Below are positions 54,994-64,000 of a stretch of 64,000 nt of DNA, one piece after another. Every line of letters starts with the position of its first letter. Positions within the stretch are counted from its first letter, which is position 1. Both the position numbers and the translations under genes were made by a program. Location of the stretch: the NCBI RefSeq assembly GCF_004210735.1, contig NZ_SDZL01000002.1, positions 16,443-80,442 on the forward strand. The letters are read 5' to 3'. Below the pieces are notes generated by a model that did not search any database, was not told the origin of the DNA, and worked only from the letters and a program-made list of their open reading frames with translations. This DNA is from Brevundimonas sp. (GTDB lineage: Bacteria; Pseudomonadota; Alphaproteobacteria; Caulobacterales; Caulobacteraceae).

Positions 54994-55854
54994 TCAGCCG
55001 ATGACGCGGCGGAACACCGGGGCGTCGAACCCGTCGGCGCGATAGCGGGCGTCGGCCTCGGCCAGATTTTCGACCGCCACGGCGCCGTGCGCGCCGCTGG
55101 CATGGATCAGGCGATTCGCATCCAGCATGACACCGGCATGCCCGCCCCACGGCTGCACCGCCGCCGCGCTCCAGACGATCAGATCGCCGCGCGCAGGCGT
55201 CCGGGTCGCCCGGCCCAGCAGCGCCTGCTGATGGGCATAGCGCGACCCGGCCAGGCCACAGGCATAGAGCGCCTGTTGCACCAGACCCGAACAGTCCGTC
55301 CCCTCGCCCGAACGCCCGCCCGGAACATGGGCCACGCCTGTCAGCCGTTCGGCCGCCGTGGCCAGGTCGGTGTCGAATTCGTTGAAGTCCGCCAGATCGG
55401 CGGCGGCGATCCAGCCCAGCCCCTCGACCTGAACCACGCCCTGACGGTCGGCCGTCCGACGCACCAGGGCGTTGAGGCTGAGCGTCGCCAGCGGGCGCCC
55501 GCCATCGGGCGTCGCGAACACCTCGGCCCGTGCGACCGTGATGCGATGTGTCGGCAGGGCGGTGGACGGGCCAAGGGCGGCGCGGCTGACCCAGCCGATC
55601 ACGCCGTCGCGGCGCGCCCGGCCCCAGACGACGTCGCCTTGCGCGTCCAGCACGTCGAAAATCTCGCCAAAAACCAGTTGGTCGATCCGCTCGCCCTGCG
55701 GCGCATCGAGGATTTCAGTCATCGCCACGACGCAGCGCAGCGCCTCGGTCGCCCGATAGGCGTCGGCGCGCACAAGGCCTTCCACGGCCAGTTCGGCCAG
55801 GTCGGGCCGGGCCAGGGCGGCGCCGGGATCAATCAGGGCGAGGGCGTCGGACAA
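54994..55854 (-). CDS. C40 (NlpC/P60) family peptidase with N-terminal SH3-like region
   Basis: 286 aa; catalytic Cys context GTDCSGLVQQALY; His context GHAGVML. Confidence 0.85.
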   Translation of the reverse strand: MSDALALIDPGAALARPDLAELAVEGLVRADAYRATEALRCVVAMTEILDAPQGERIDQLVFGEIFDVLDAQGDVVWGRARRDGVIGWVSRAALGPSTALPTHRITVARAEVFATPDGGRPLATLSLNALVRRTADRQGVVQVEGLGWIAAADLADFNEFDTDLATAAERLTGVAHVPGGRSGEGTDCSGLVQQALYACGLAGSRYAHQQALLGRATRTPARGDLIVWSAAAVQPWGGHAGVMLDANRLIHASGAHGAVAVENLAEADARYRADGFDAPVFRRVIG

Positions 55855-55923
55855 ACGGCGTCTCGTGCGGTTGAGCCCACCGTCCTACGCCTGCGATCCC
55901 CAAGGGGGCGTTAACAGCCTTGG

Positions 55924-57303
55924 CTATTGGACGAAACGATCGCTCAGATAGCGGAACACCGCCCGCAAACCCTGCGCCTCGCCGCCCTCGGGCCAGCCCG
56001 GCCGGGTGCGCGGGTTCCAGGCGAAGATGTCCAGATGCGCCCAGGCGCCTGTGGTCGGCGCGAACTTCTGCAGGAACAGCGCCGCTGTCACCGACCCGGC
56101 CTGCGCCCAGGGCGCCGAATCGTTACGCACATCAGCGATCTCGCTGTCGATCGAGGCGCGGTAACCGGCCCACAGGGGCATGCGCCACAGCGGATCGCCC
56201 ACCTCGCCCGCCGCCTTCAGCAGGCCGGCCGCCAGCGCCTCGTCATCGGTATACAGGGGCGGCAATTCCGGCCCCAGCGCCATGCGCGCGGCGCCGGTCA
56301 GGGTGGCGAAATCGATGGTCAGGTCCGGCGCATGCTCGCCAGCCCGCGTCAGGGCGTCGGCCAGGATCAAACGTCCCTCGGCGTCGGTATTGCCGATCTC
56401 GATGGTCAGGCCCTTGCGGCTGTTCAGGATGTCGCCCGGCCGGAAGGCGTCGGCCGACACCGCATTCTCGACCGCCGCCACGATCACCACCAGCCGCACG
56501 GGCAAGTCGGCCTGCATCACCAGCCGCCCCAGCGCCAGGGCGTGGGCCGAACCGCCCATGTCCTTCTTCATATTGCGCATGCCGGCAGCCGGTTTCAGGT
56601 CCAGCCCGCCGGTGTCGAACACCACCCCCTTGCCGACCAGTGCCACCAGCGGCAGTTCGGTCCGGTCCAGCTTCCAGCCGATCTCGATCAGGCGCGGCGC
56701 CCGATGCGGCGCGGCGGCGCGGCCGACGGCATGCACCGCAGGATAGTTCTCTTCCAGCAGGGCGTCGCCCGTCGTCACGGTGATATGGGCGCCGGCGCTC
56801 TCGGCGATCTCGCGGGCGATGGTCTCGATCTGCAGCGGCCCCATGTCGGCGGCCGGGGTATCGACCATTTCGCGCGCCAGGGCGCAGGCGGCGGCGATCC
56901 GCAGCGTCGCCGCCCCGTCCACGCCGTCCGGCGCGACCAGCCGCACCGCCTCGCGATCAGGCCGGGCCTTGTAGCGGTCGAAGCGATAGGCCCCCAGCAC
57001 AAAGGCCTCGGCCACCCGCGCCGCCGCCTCGCCGTTCACGCCGTCCAGCCGGTACAGTCCCCCCGGCAGCCGCGCCGCCAATCCGCGCGCACTGGCCGGA
57101 TCGAACCGTTCACCCGCCCCGAACAGCACTTCGGACAGCACCCCGTCCGCGTCCGGAACCAGCAGCACCTGCCCCGCCTTGCCGGTGAAGTCGTTGGCGC
57201 GGGTCCAGGCGGTCTCGGGCGCGCCGTCGCCCGCGATCACCACGCGCACAGGCACGGCGCCGCTGCTGTCGCGGGCCAGGATGTCGGGGTGCAGGGCGGA
57301 CAT
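55924..57303 (-). CDS. M17 leucyl aminopeptidase family protein
   Basis: VGKGVVFDTGGLDLKP and NTDAEGRLILADAL motifs; start taken at MSALHPD. Confidence 0.88.
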   Translation of the reverse strand: MSALHPDILARDSSGAVPVRVVIAGDGAPETAWTRANDFTGKAGQVLLVPDADGVLSEVLFGAGERFDPASARGLAARLPGGLYRLDGVNGEAAARVAEAFVLGAYRFDRYKARPDREAVRLVAPDGVDGAATLRIAAACALAREMVDTPAADMGPLQIETIAREIAESAGAHITVTTGDALLEENYPAVHAVGRAAAPHRAPRLIEIGWKLDRTELPLVALVGKGVVFDTGGLDLKPAAGMRNMKKDMGGSAHALALGRLVMQADLPVRLVVIVAAVENAVSADAFRPGDILNSRKGLTIEIGNTDAEGRLILADALTRAGEHAPDLTIDFATLTGAARMALGPELPPLYTDDEALAAGLLKAAGEVGDPLWRMPLWAGYRASIDSEIADVRNDSAPWAQAGSVTAALFLQKFAPTTGAWAHLDIFAWNPRTRPGWPEGGEAQGLRAVFRYLSDRFVQ

Positions 57304-57408
57304 GGCGACCTTTCCGGCCCTGTCGGACCGATTAACCAATGCTTGACGCAGACCGGCGACCCTGACGGCCACGAAATGGGCTCGCCAGAGACCGGTCCGG
57401 ATACCTCC

Positions 57409-58236
57409 ATGTCGCGCACGACCGCCTGCATCGCAACCACCGCCGCGATTCTGATGGGCCTGGCCGCGCCCGCACGAGCGGCCGATCCTGCGCCCGTCGC
57501 TACGCCGTCAGTTCGCCAGCCGGCCTCGGCCGAACAGCGCACGCTGTACGAACGGATGGACCCGCTGGCCCGCTCGGTCTTCTGGAGCACCGAGGTCGAG
57601 ATCAATCCGGCCGACAGCATCGCCGGGGTCAAGCTGTCCCAGGCCCTGCGTGACCTGGGCCGTCACGATCAGGCCGCCGAGGCCGCCCAGCGCGTGCTGA
57701 TCGCGGCACCCACCAACATCGACGCCCTGCTGGAGCTGGGCCGCGCCCACATCGCCCGGGGCCAGGCCTTCTATGGCGTCGCCCCACTGGAACAGGCCCG
57801 CGCCCAGGCGCCGAACGACTGGCGGCCGCTGTCCCTGCTGGGCGTCGCCTACAAACAGGTGCGCCGCGACGACGACGCCCGCGCCGCCTGGGCCGAGGGT
57901 CTGCGCGTCGCGCCCGACAATCCGACCCTGCTGACCAACGCCGCCATGGCCTTGGCCACCGACGGCAACGCGGCCGGGGCCGAAACCCTGCTGCGCCGCG
58001 CCGTGGCCCAGCCGGGCGCCACGCTGCAGACCCGTCAGAACCTGGCCCTGGTGCTGGGCCTGCAGGGCAAGACGGCCGAGGCCGAACAGATGCTGCGCCG
58101 CGACCTGCCGCCCGAACTGGCAGATCAGAACCTGGCCTGGCTGCGCGCGCGCACCACGCCCGGCCAGACCGCGGCCGTCGATGCGCCGCCCACCTCGCCC
58201 ACCGCCCGCACCTGGTCGTCGTTGCAGGGCGGCTGA
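57409..58236 (+). CDS. tetratricopeptide repeat protein, secreted
   Basis: Signal peptide (AILMGLAAPARAADP) and several TPR units. Only this 3' part of track ORF 55927..58236 is credible. Confidence 0.7.
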   Translation: MSRTTACIATTAAILMGLAAPARAADPAPVATPSVRQPASAEQRTLYERMDPLARSVFWSTEVEINPADSIAGVKLSQALRDLGRHDQAAEAAQRVLIAAPTNIDALLELGRAHIARGQAFYGVAPLEQARAQAPNDWRPLSLLGVAYKQVRRDDDARAAWAEGLRVAPDNPTLLTNAAMALATDGNAAGAETLLRRAVAQPGATLQTRQNLALVLGLQGKTAEAEQMLRRDLPPELADQNLAWLRARTTPGQTAAVDAPPTSPTARTWSSLQGG

Positions 58237-58279
58237 GCCCACCCTTCTCGCCGGGCGTCGAAACGCCTATCTTCATCCC

Positions 58280-58765
58280 ATGATCGACGAGCTTTACAGC
58301 ACGCGCATCCTGACGCTGGCGGCCAATCTGCCGCACAGCGGCCGCCTGCCTGCGCCGCTGGTCAGCGAAAAGGGGGGCACCGCCGAGCGCGTCGCCAAAC
58401 TGTGCGGATCGAAAGCCATCGTCGATGTCGTGCTGGACGCCGACGGCCGAATCGCCGACTTCGCCCAGACGGTAAAGGCCTGCGCCCTGGGCCAGGCGGC
58501 GGCTGGCGTGCTGGGCGAGGCCGTCATCGGCGCCTCGATCCCCGAGCTTGAGGCCGCGCGCGACGCCATGCTGGCCATGCTGAAATCCGGCGGCGAGGGC
58601 CCGGCCGGGCGTTTCGAGAGCCTGCGCGTGCTGAAACAGGTCGCCGACTATCCCGCCCGCCACGCCTCGACCATGGTCGCCATCGAGGCGACGCTGGAGG
58701 CCGCGCGTCAGGCGCTGTCCAAACACCACAGCGACACACGAACTCGTCTCGCCGGCGCGGCCTGA
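58280..58765 (+). CDS. NifU/IscU N-terminal-domain-like Fe-S scaffold family protein
   Basis: 161 aa [19 protein letters not shown]...; family-like pattern with Cys in LCGS and KACALG. Confidence 0.65.
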   Translation: MIDELYSTRILTLAANLPHSGRLPAPLVSEKGGTAERVAKLCGSKAIVDVVLDADGRIADFAQTVKACALGQAAAGVLGEAVIGASIPELEAARDAMLAMLKSGGEGPAGRFESLRVLKQVADYPARHASTMVAIEATLEAARQALSKHHSDTRTRLAGAA

Positions 58766-58842
58766 GGGCCCGTCCGGTTGATCCCCCCGGCCATAGGGGG
58801 GATAAGCGGCCAACCCTCAACATGCCCCCGGCGAAGGGACGT

Positions 58843-59124
58843 ATGTCTCTCTATGAACGCGGCGTGCGGCTGGCCCATCGGGGCTACAAGCTGACGCTGT
58901 CCCCCTTTTTCGGCCAGTCGTGCCGATATCTGCCGACCTGTTCGGACTATGGGCGCGACGCCCTGCTCCAGCACGGCCCGGTCAGGGGGGGATGGCTCAC
59001 CGTGCGCCGGCTCTGTAAATGCCATCCCTTCGGTGGTTCGGGTTACGATCCCGTCCCGCCCCGCGAGACCGCCCCGCGAGACCGCCCCGGCGGCGAACGC
59101 GATAGAAAAGCCAAAGACGAAACG
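58843..59124 (+). CDS. yidD: membrane protein insertion efficiency factor YidD, lacking its own stop codon (in frame with thrS)
   Basis: YidD domain [23 protein letters not shown]...[17 protein letters not shown]. The frame continues without a stop into thrS. Confidence 0.75.
59058..59089 (+). repeat. 13-bp tandem repeat GCCCCGCGAGACC, two full copies plus a 6-nt partial copy
   Basis: Read directly: 59058-59070 and 59071-59083 are identical, followed by GCCCCG. Confidence 0.95.
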
Positions 59125-61047
59125 ATGATCGAACTGAAATTTCCCGACGGCGCCGTGCGCCAGTACCCGGCCGGCTCGACGGGTCGCGACGTGGCCGCCG
59201 CCATCTCGCCCTCGCTGGCCAAGAAGGCGGCCTTGGTCGTCTGGAACGGCGAGCAGCGCGACCTCGACCGTGTCATCGACGGCGACGGCGATTTCCGTCT
59301 GCTGATGCGCGACGATCCCGAGGCGCTGGAGACCATCCGCCACGACGCCGCCCACGTTCTGGCCCAGGCGGTGCAGGAACTGTTCCCCGGCACCCAGGTC
59401 ACCATCGGCCCGTCGATCGAGGACGGCTTCTATTACGACTTCGCCCGCGACGAACCCTTCTCGACCGAGGACTTCCCCAGGATCGAGAAGAAGATGGCCG
59501 AGATCATCGATCGCGGCGCCCCGCTGGAGCGTCAGGTCTGGGATCGCGACGAGGCCATCAGACATTTCGAGAGCGTCGGCGAAACCTACAAGGCCGAACT
59601 GATCCGCGACCTGCCGGGCACGGAGACGATCACCGTCTACAAGCAGGGCGACTGGGCCGACCTGTGCCGGGGACCGCACTTCCCGACCACGAAATTCGTC
59701 GGCAAGGCCTTCAAACTGACCAAGCTGGCCGGCGCCTACTGGCGCGGCGATTCCAGCCGCGCCCAGCTTCAGCGCATCTACGGCACCGCCTGGGCCTCGA
59801 AAGAGGATCTGGACGCCTATCTGCTGCGTATCGAAGAGGCCGAGAAGCGCGACCACCGCAAGCTGGGCCGCGCGATGGAGCTCTTCCACATGCAGGAAGA
59901 GGGCCGCGGCATGGTCTTCTGGCACCCCAAGGGCTGGGTGCTGTGGCAGGTGATTGAGGCCTATATGCGCCGCCGCCTGACGGCCGCCGGCTATGTCGAG
60001 GTCAAGACGCCCCAGGTTCTGGACCGCAAATTCTGGGAGGCCTCGGGCCACTGGGAAAAGTACCGCCCCAATATGTTCGTCTGCGAGACGGTCGAGGGCG
60101 AGACCCTGTCTCTCAAGCCGATGAACTGCCCCGGCCACGTCCAGATCTTCGACCACGGCCAGCGCTCGTATCGCGAACTGCCGCTGCGCATGGCCGAGTT
60201 CGGCGCCTGCCACCGCTATGAACCGTCCGGCTCCCTGCACGGTCTGATGCGGGTGCGCGGCTTTACGCAGGACGACGCCCACATCTTCTGCCGCGAGGAC
60301 CAGATCGTCGACGAGACGCGCCGCTTCGTCGAACTGGCTCGCAGCGTCCACGGCGACCTGGGCATGGAGACGGCCTACATCAACCTGGCCACCCGCCCCG
60401 AAATCCGCGCCGGCTCGGACGAGTTCTGGGACAAGGCCGAGGCCATGCTGCTGGAAGCCTCGCGCGCGGCGGGTGTCGAGCCTGTCATCGCCGAGGGTGA
60501 CGGCGCCTTCTACGCGCCCAAGCTGGACTTCATCGTCAAGGACGCCATCGGTCGTGAATGGACCTGCGGCACGCTGCAGCTGGACTATGTCCTGCCGGAT
60601 CGCCTGGGCGCCGAATACGTCGGCGAGGACGGCCAGAAGCACCGCCCCGTCATGCTGCACCGGGCCATCCTGGGCAGCTTCGAGCGCTTCATCGGCATCA
60701 TGATCGAGAACTACGCCGGGGCCTTCCCCCTGTGGCTGGCCCCGACGCAGGCGGTGGTGGCGACCATCACCTCCGACGCCTCGGACTACGCCGAAGAGGT
60801 CGCGGCCAAATTCCGCGCCGCGGGCCTGCGGGTCGAGACCGACCTGCGCAACGAGAAGATCAACTACAAGGTTCGCGAACACTCGGTCGGCAAGGTCCCC
60901 GCCATCGCCGTCGTCGGCCGCAACGAGGCCGAGGAAGGCAGGGTCGCCATCCGCCGCCTGGGCTCCCAGGCCCAGACCATCGTCACGGTAGAAGAAGCCA
61001 TCGCCATGCTGACGGAAGAAGCCACCCCGCCGGATCTGCGGGGCTGA
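59125..61047 (+). CDS. thrS: threonine--tRNA ligase
   Basis: 640 aa from [14 protein letters not shown] (TGS domain), editing domain, class II core ([18 protein letters not shown]), anticodon-binding domain. Confidence 0.95.
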   Translation: MIELKFPDGAVRQYPAGSTGRDVAAAISPSLAKKAALVVWNGEQRDLDRVIDGDGDFRLLMRDDPEALETIRHDAAHVLAQAVQELFPGTQVTIGPSIEDGFYYDFARDEPFSTEDFPRIEKKMAEIIDRGAPLERQVWDRDEAIRHFESVGETYKAELIRDLPGTETITVYKQGDWADLCRGPHFPTTKFVGKAFKLTKLAGAYWRGDSSRAQLQRIYGTAWASKEDLDAYLLRIEEAEKRDHRKLGRAMELFHMQEEGRGMVFWHPKGWVLWQVIEAYMRRRLTAAGYVEVKTPQVLDRKFWEASGHWEKYRPNMFVCETVEGETLSLKPMNCPGHVQIFDHGQRSYRELPLRMAEFGACHRYEPSGSLHGLMRVRGFTQDDAHIFCREDQIVDETRRFVELARSVHGDLGMETAYINLATRPEIRAGSDEFWDKAEAMLLEASRAAGVEPVIAEGDGAFYAPKLDFIVKDAIGREWTCGTLQLDYVLPDRLGAEYVGEDGQKHRPVMLHRAILGSFERFIGIMIENYAGAFPLWLAPTQAVVATITSDASDYAEEVAAKFRAAGLRVETDLRNEKINYKVREHSVGKVPAIAVVGRNEAEEGRVAIRRLGSQAQTIVTVEEAIAMLTEEATPPDLRG

Positions 61048-61060
61048 TCAGGACGATGGG

Positions 61061-61585
61061 CTAGCAGTCGATATCGGTCGAATAGCCCATCGCTTCCACC
61101 CACGCCTTCAGGCGGGCGTAGTCGAATTCCAGGTCCTGGACCTTCGCCCCTCTTGGGAGCGGTGCTGAAATATGGGGATCGGCGCGTATACCCGTGCAGC
61201 AGAAGCAGACCTGAAACTCACCGATCACCCGGTCGCTGGCGTCGTAGTAGCGAACGAAGTGGTGTGGAATGAAGCAGGCGGCTGCGTAGCCCAGCTCGCG
61301 ATCGTAGTTGGCCAGTCGCAGGGTGGCCTCGAATGCCGACCTTTGATCAGCGGTCAGCATTTGACCCTTCGGCCTGACATATTCGTCTGCGCCCGCCCTT
61401 ACCTCGGCGAAGGGGCGCGCCACGAATAGCCTGACCGTCTTGGCTTCAGGATACGGCGTGACAGGCAGGGCCGAGATCAACTTCTGCTCGGCCCTTTCGA
61501 CCGGCTCAGCCTCTCGCGAGGTGCGTTCCGCGGGCTGGCACGCCGCGACGGCCGCCAGCAGGACGATCAGAACCCATTTCCGCAT
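61061..61585 (-). CDS. hypothetical Cys-rich lipoprotein
   Basis: 174 aa; lipobox LAAVAAC; motifs CFIPHH and FQVCFCCTG; GC somewhat lower than neighbours. Confidence 0.55.
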   Translation of the reverse strand: MRKWVLIVLLAAVAACQPAERTSREAEPVERAEQKLISALPVTPYPEAKTVRLFVARPFAEVRAGADEYVRPKGQMLTADQRSAFEATLRLANYDRELGYAAACFIPHHFVRYYDASDRVIGEFQVCFCCTGIRADPHISAPLPRGAKVQDLEFDYARLKAWVEAMGYSTDIDC

Positions 61586-61663
61586 CGGCTATCCTCACCC
61601 CTGAACGGCGCGACGCGCCTCCGCACGCACAGGTAGAGGGAGCCCCCGCCGAACAGTCAAGGT

Positions 61664-63061
61664 TCAGATGTGGATGGCGTGCCCCAAGGCCCTCAGGCTG
61701 GCCTCGTGGAAGGCTTCGCCCAGGGTTGGGTGGACGTGGATGGTGCCGGCGACATCTTCCAGCACCGCACCCATCTCCAGCATCTGGGCGAAGCTGTTGG
61801 ACAGTTCGCTGACATGCTGGCCGACGGCCTGGATGCCCAGCAGGCGGTGATCCGATTTCGACGCCAGCACCCGCACGAAGCCGCCGTCCTCGCTCGCCTC
61901 GATCGCCAGCGCTCGGCCGATGGCGGCGAAGGGGAAGACGGCCTGGATAACGTCGTCGCGGCCCTGGACGTCCTGCGGCCCCAGACCGGCCGAGACGATC
62001 TCAGGCTCGGTGAAGCAGACGGCGGCGATGGTGGTCGGGTCGAACACGCGGTCGTGGCCCGCCAGGATTTCGGCCACCACCTCGCCCTGGGCGCTGCCCT
62101 TGTGCGCCAGCATCGGCTCGCCGGTCAGATCGCCGACGGCCCAGACGTTCTTCATCGAGGTGGCGCAGCGGTTGTCGATCTTCACGAACGGCCCGGCCAT
62201 GGCCACGCCCATGTTCTCCAGACCCCAGCCCTTAGTGCGCGGGCGGCGGCCGACGGTGACCAGCACCTTGTCGGCGGCGATCTGGATCGGCTTGCCGTCC
62301 CTGGTCGTGACCGACAGCTTGCCCTTCTCGAAGCCCCCGGCGCGCGCACCGAGGTGCAACTCGACGCCGTGACGCTCCAGCCATTTGGCGACCGGGTCAG
62401 TCAGGGCCTTGTCATAGAGCGGCAGCAGGCGGTCGGCCATTTCCACGATGGCGACCTGGGCCCCCAGCTTGCGGAAGGCGATGCCCAGCTCCAGCCCGAT
62501 ATAGCCGCCGCCGACGACCACCAGCCTCTTCGGCACCTCCGGCAGGCTCAGCGCCTCGGTCGACGAAATCACGTCGCCGCCGAACGGCAGGAAGGGCAGT
62601 TCGACCGGCTCGGACCCGGTGGCCAGGATGACGTGTTCGGCGGTGATGACGATGTCGCCGTCGTCGGTCTTCACCGTGCAGGTCTTGGCGTCCGAGAACT
62701 CGGCCCAGCCCTTGATGACCTTGACCTTGGCCTTCTTCAGCAGGGCCGCGACCCCGGCGTTCAGCTTCCTGACGATGCCGTCCTTCCATTCGATCGTCTT
62801 GGACAGGTCGATGGCCGGGGCGGAAGCCGTGATGCCCAGCGTGCCGTCGCCGGCGGCCTTGGCCACCGTCTCATACTTGCCCGCCGCGTGGATGATGGCC
62901 TTGGACGGAATGCAGCCGACGTTCAGGCAGGTGCCGCCCAGCCCATCGCCCCCGTCCACCAGAATAGTCTCGAGGCCCAACTGGCCACAACGGATCCCCG
63001 CGACATAGCCGCCGGTCCCCGCGCCGATGATCAGGACTTTGGTCTTCAGGGTCTGGGTCAT
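61664..63061 (-). CDS. lpdA: dihydrolipoyl dehydrogenase (E3)
   Basis: 465 aa; GAGTGGY FAD fold, redox-active CLNVGCIPSK, C-terminal HVHPTLGE. Confidence 0.95.
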   Translation of the reverse strand: MTQTLKTKVLIIGAGTGGYVAGIRCGQLGLETILVDGGDGLGGTCLNVGCIPSKAIIHAAGKYETVAKAAGDGTLGITASAPAIDLSKTIEWKDGIVRKLNAGVAALLKKAKVKVIKGWAEFSDAKTCTVKTDDGDIVITAEHVILATGSEPVELPFLPFGGDVISSTEALSLPEVPKRLVVVGGGYIGLELGIAFRKLGAQVAIVEMADRLLPLYDKALTDPVAKWLERHGVELHLGARAGGFEKGKLSVTTRDGKPIQIAADKVLVTVGRRPRTKGWGLENMGVAMAGPFVKIDNRCATSMKNVWAVGDLTGEPMLAHKGSAQGEVVAEILAGHDRVFDPTTIAAVCFTEPEIVSAGLGPQDVQGRDDVIQAVFPFAAIGRALAIEASEDGGFVRVLASKSDHRLLGIQAVGQHVSELSNSFAQMLEMGAVLEDVAGTIHVHPTLGEAFHEASLRALGHAIHI

Positions 63062-63333
63062 TCAGCTACATCAAGTTGGGGTTTCTTCGACTTTTTGAAA
63101 CCAGCCTTAATTGCGAAGGCGCCAGCTACGGCGGCGAGGGTCGCCAGCGGACCGAGAATGGGATTGGCATTTGCGCCAAGGCTGACGGCAAGACCAATCA
63201 TACCAGCCGCGATGATTGTCGAAGCAATCCAGACGCCTTTCCAGGATTGAACCAAGGCGCCCGCTAGAATGCTGGGAACGAGGCGTATTGGGTCCAGCAG
63301 GCAAGCTAGGAACACAATGAGGACGGTGTCCAT
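63058..63333 (-). CDS. small hydrophobic membrane protein between the E2 and E3 genes (hypothetical)
   Basis: 91 aa from MDTVLIVFLACLL. Start ATG overlaps the E2 stop (TGATG) and its stop overlaps the lpdA start (ATGA). GC by hand count is about 50-55 percent. Confidence 0.55.
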   Translation of the reverse strand: MDTVLIVFLACLLDPIRLVPSILAGALVQSWKGVWIASTIIAAGMIGLAVSLGANANPILGPLATLAAVAGAFAIKAGFKKSKKPQLDVAE

Positions 63334-64000
63334 CAGTTGCCCATCCACAACGTCGCCGGATGCTCCAGCAGGCCCTTGATGCGCTGCACGAAGACCGCCG
63401 CGTCATGCCCGTCGACGATCCGGTGATCGAAGCTGGACGACAGGTTCATCATCTTGCGCACGACCATCTGGCCGTCCTTGACCACCACGCGTTCGGCGAT
63501 CTTGTTCGGGCCGACGATGGCGACCTCGGGGTGGTTGATGATCGGGGTATGGACCACGCCGCCCAGCGTCCCCAGCGAGGTGATGGTGATGGTCGAGCCG
63601 GACAGCTCTTCCCGCTTGGCGCTGCCGTCCTTGGCCGCGCCGGACACCCGCGCGATCTCCTGCGCCGTGTCATAGGGATCGCGCGCCTCGGCGTGGCGGA
63701 CCACCGGCACCATCAGGCCGTTCGGCGTCTGGGCCGCGATGCCCAGATGCACGGCGGCGTGCGTCGTCAGCATCCCGGCCTCGTCGTCATAATGGCTGTT
63801 GATCGTCGGCTGGTCGCGCAGGGCCACCACGATCGCGCGGGCGATGAAGGGCAGGACGTTCAGCTTGGGCTGGTCCTTGGCCTTGGTCGCGTTCAGGTGC
63901 GCCCGCAGTTCTTCCAGCGCCGTCATGTCGATTTCCTCGACATAGGTGATGTGCGGGATGCGACGCACGCTCTCGGCCATCTTCTCCGCGATCTTGCGGC
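63333..64000 (-). CDS. 2-oxoacid dehydrogenase E2 acyltransferase, C-terminal catalytic domain (partial; continues beyond the window)
   Basis: RKIAEKMAESVRRIPHITYVEE... and the catalytic SSFDHRIVDGHDAA motif. The frame is open to the window edge. Confidence 0.9.
   Translation of the reverse strand, partial: RKIAEKMAESVRRIPHITYVEEIDMTALEELRAHLNATKAKDQPKLNVLPFIARAIVVALRDQPTINSHYDDEAGMLTTHAAVHLGIAAQTPNGLMVPVVRHAEARDPYDTAQEIARVSGAAKDGSAKREELSGSTITITSLGTLGGVVHTPIINHPEVAIVGPNKIAERVVVKDGQMVVRKMMNLSSSFDHRIVDGHDAAVFVQRIKGLLEHPATLWMGN

Noticed and set aside
57325-57345. TTAACCAA resembling the CtrA 8-mer (TTAACCAT) between the aminopeptidase and TPR genes; also TTAA-N7-TCAA at about 43657
   Set aside because: These are single imperfect half-sites. 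TTAA-containing words are expected by chance in AT-richer intergenic DNA, and there is no full TTAA-N7-TTAA box.
55927-58236. 769-aa plus-strand ORF spanning the aminopeptidase locus
   Set aside because: The 5' two thirds is an antisense shadow of the M17 aminopeptidase gene. Only the part from ATG 57409 (signal peptide plus TPR repeats) looks like a real protein.

Overview
High-GC alphaproteobacterial chromosome segment. Gene content (CpdR-type single-domain response regulator, FNR-type regulator, cobT, DUF599, GumN) suggests Caulobacterales, Brevundimonas/Caulobacter-like; this is inference only. The window is mostly core housekeeping. Contents in order: three tandem small lipoproteins; mnmC; methylmalonyl-CoA mutase large and small subunits; a LOG-family gene. 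Next is a low-oxygen block: cydA-cydB-cydX-hemN, divergent cydDC, an FNR-type regulator, and three TTGA-N6-TCAA boxes. Then tRNA-Val, cpdR, a hutG-like gene, ppa, cobT, coq7, dsbB and hppD, followed by an asparaginase/ICMT/His-rich membrane protein operon and a FAH-family hydrolase. After these come tRNA-Leu, an MFS pump, an M1 aminopeptidase and an amidohydrolase. A 6.3 kb polysaccharide cluster (GT4, flippase, EpsG-type polymerase, CapK-like adenylating enzyme, priming phosphotransferase) sits next to tRNA-Gly. The remainder holds gumN; rmuC, recR, ybaB and dnaX, with a rutE-like nitroreductase between ybaB and dnaX; SRP RNA; nudC; kdsB; cytochrome c; peptidases; yidD/thrS; and lpdA with the 3' end of an E2 acyltransferase. 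I found no CRISPR array, integrase, transposase, phage genes or recognisable defence system. The most notable observations are: (1) a 13-bp tandem duplication that fuses yidD in frame to thrS; (2) perfect FNR boxes, one placed in front of an unannotated 35-codon hydrophobic ORF; (3) a candidate anti-SD sRNA with a strong terminator; (4) a lower-GC small membrane gene wedged with codon overlaps between E2 and E3; (5) a CzcN-like ICMT plus His/Asp-rich membrane protein module; (6) two nested-palindrome REP/MITE-like elements. Many long ORFs in the track are antisense shadows of real genes in GC-rich DNA and were rejected.
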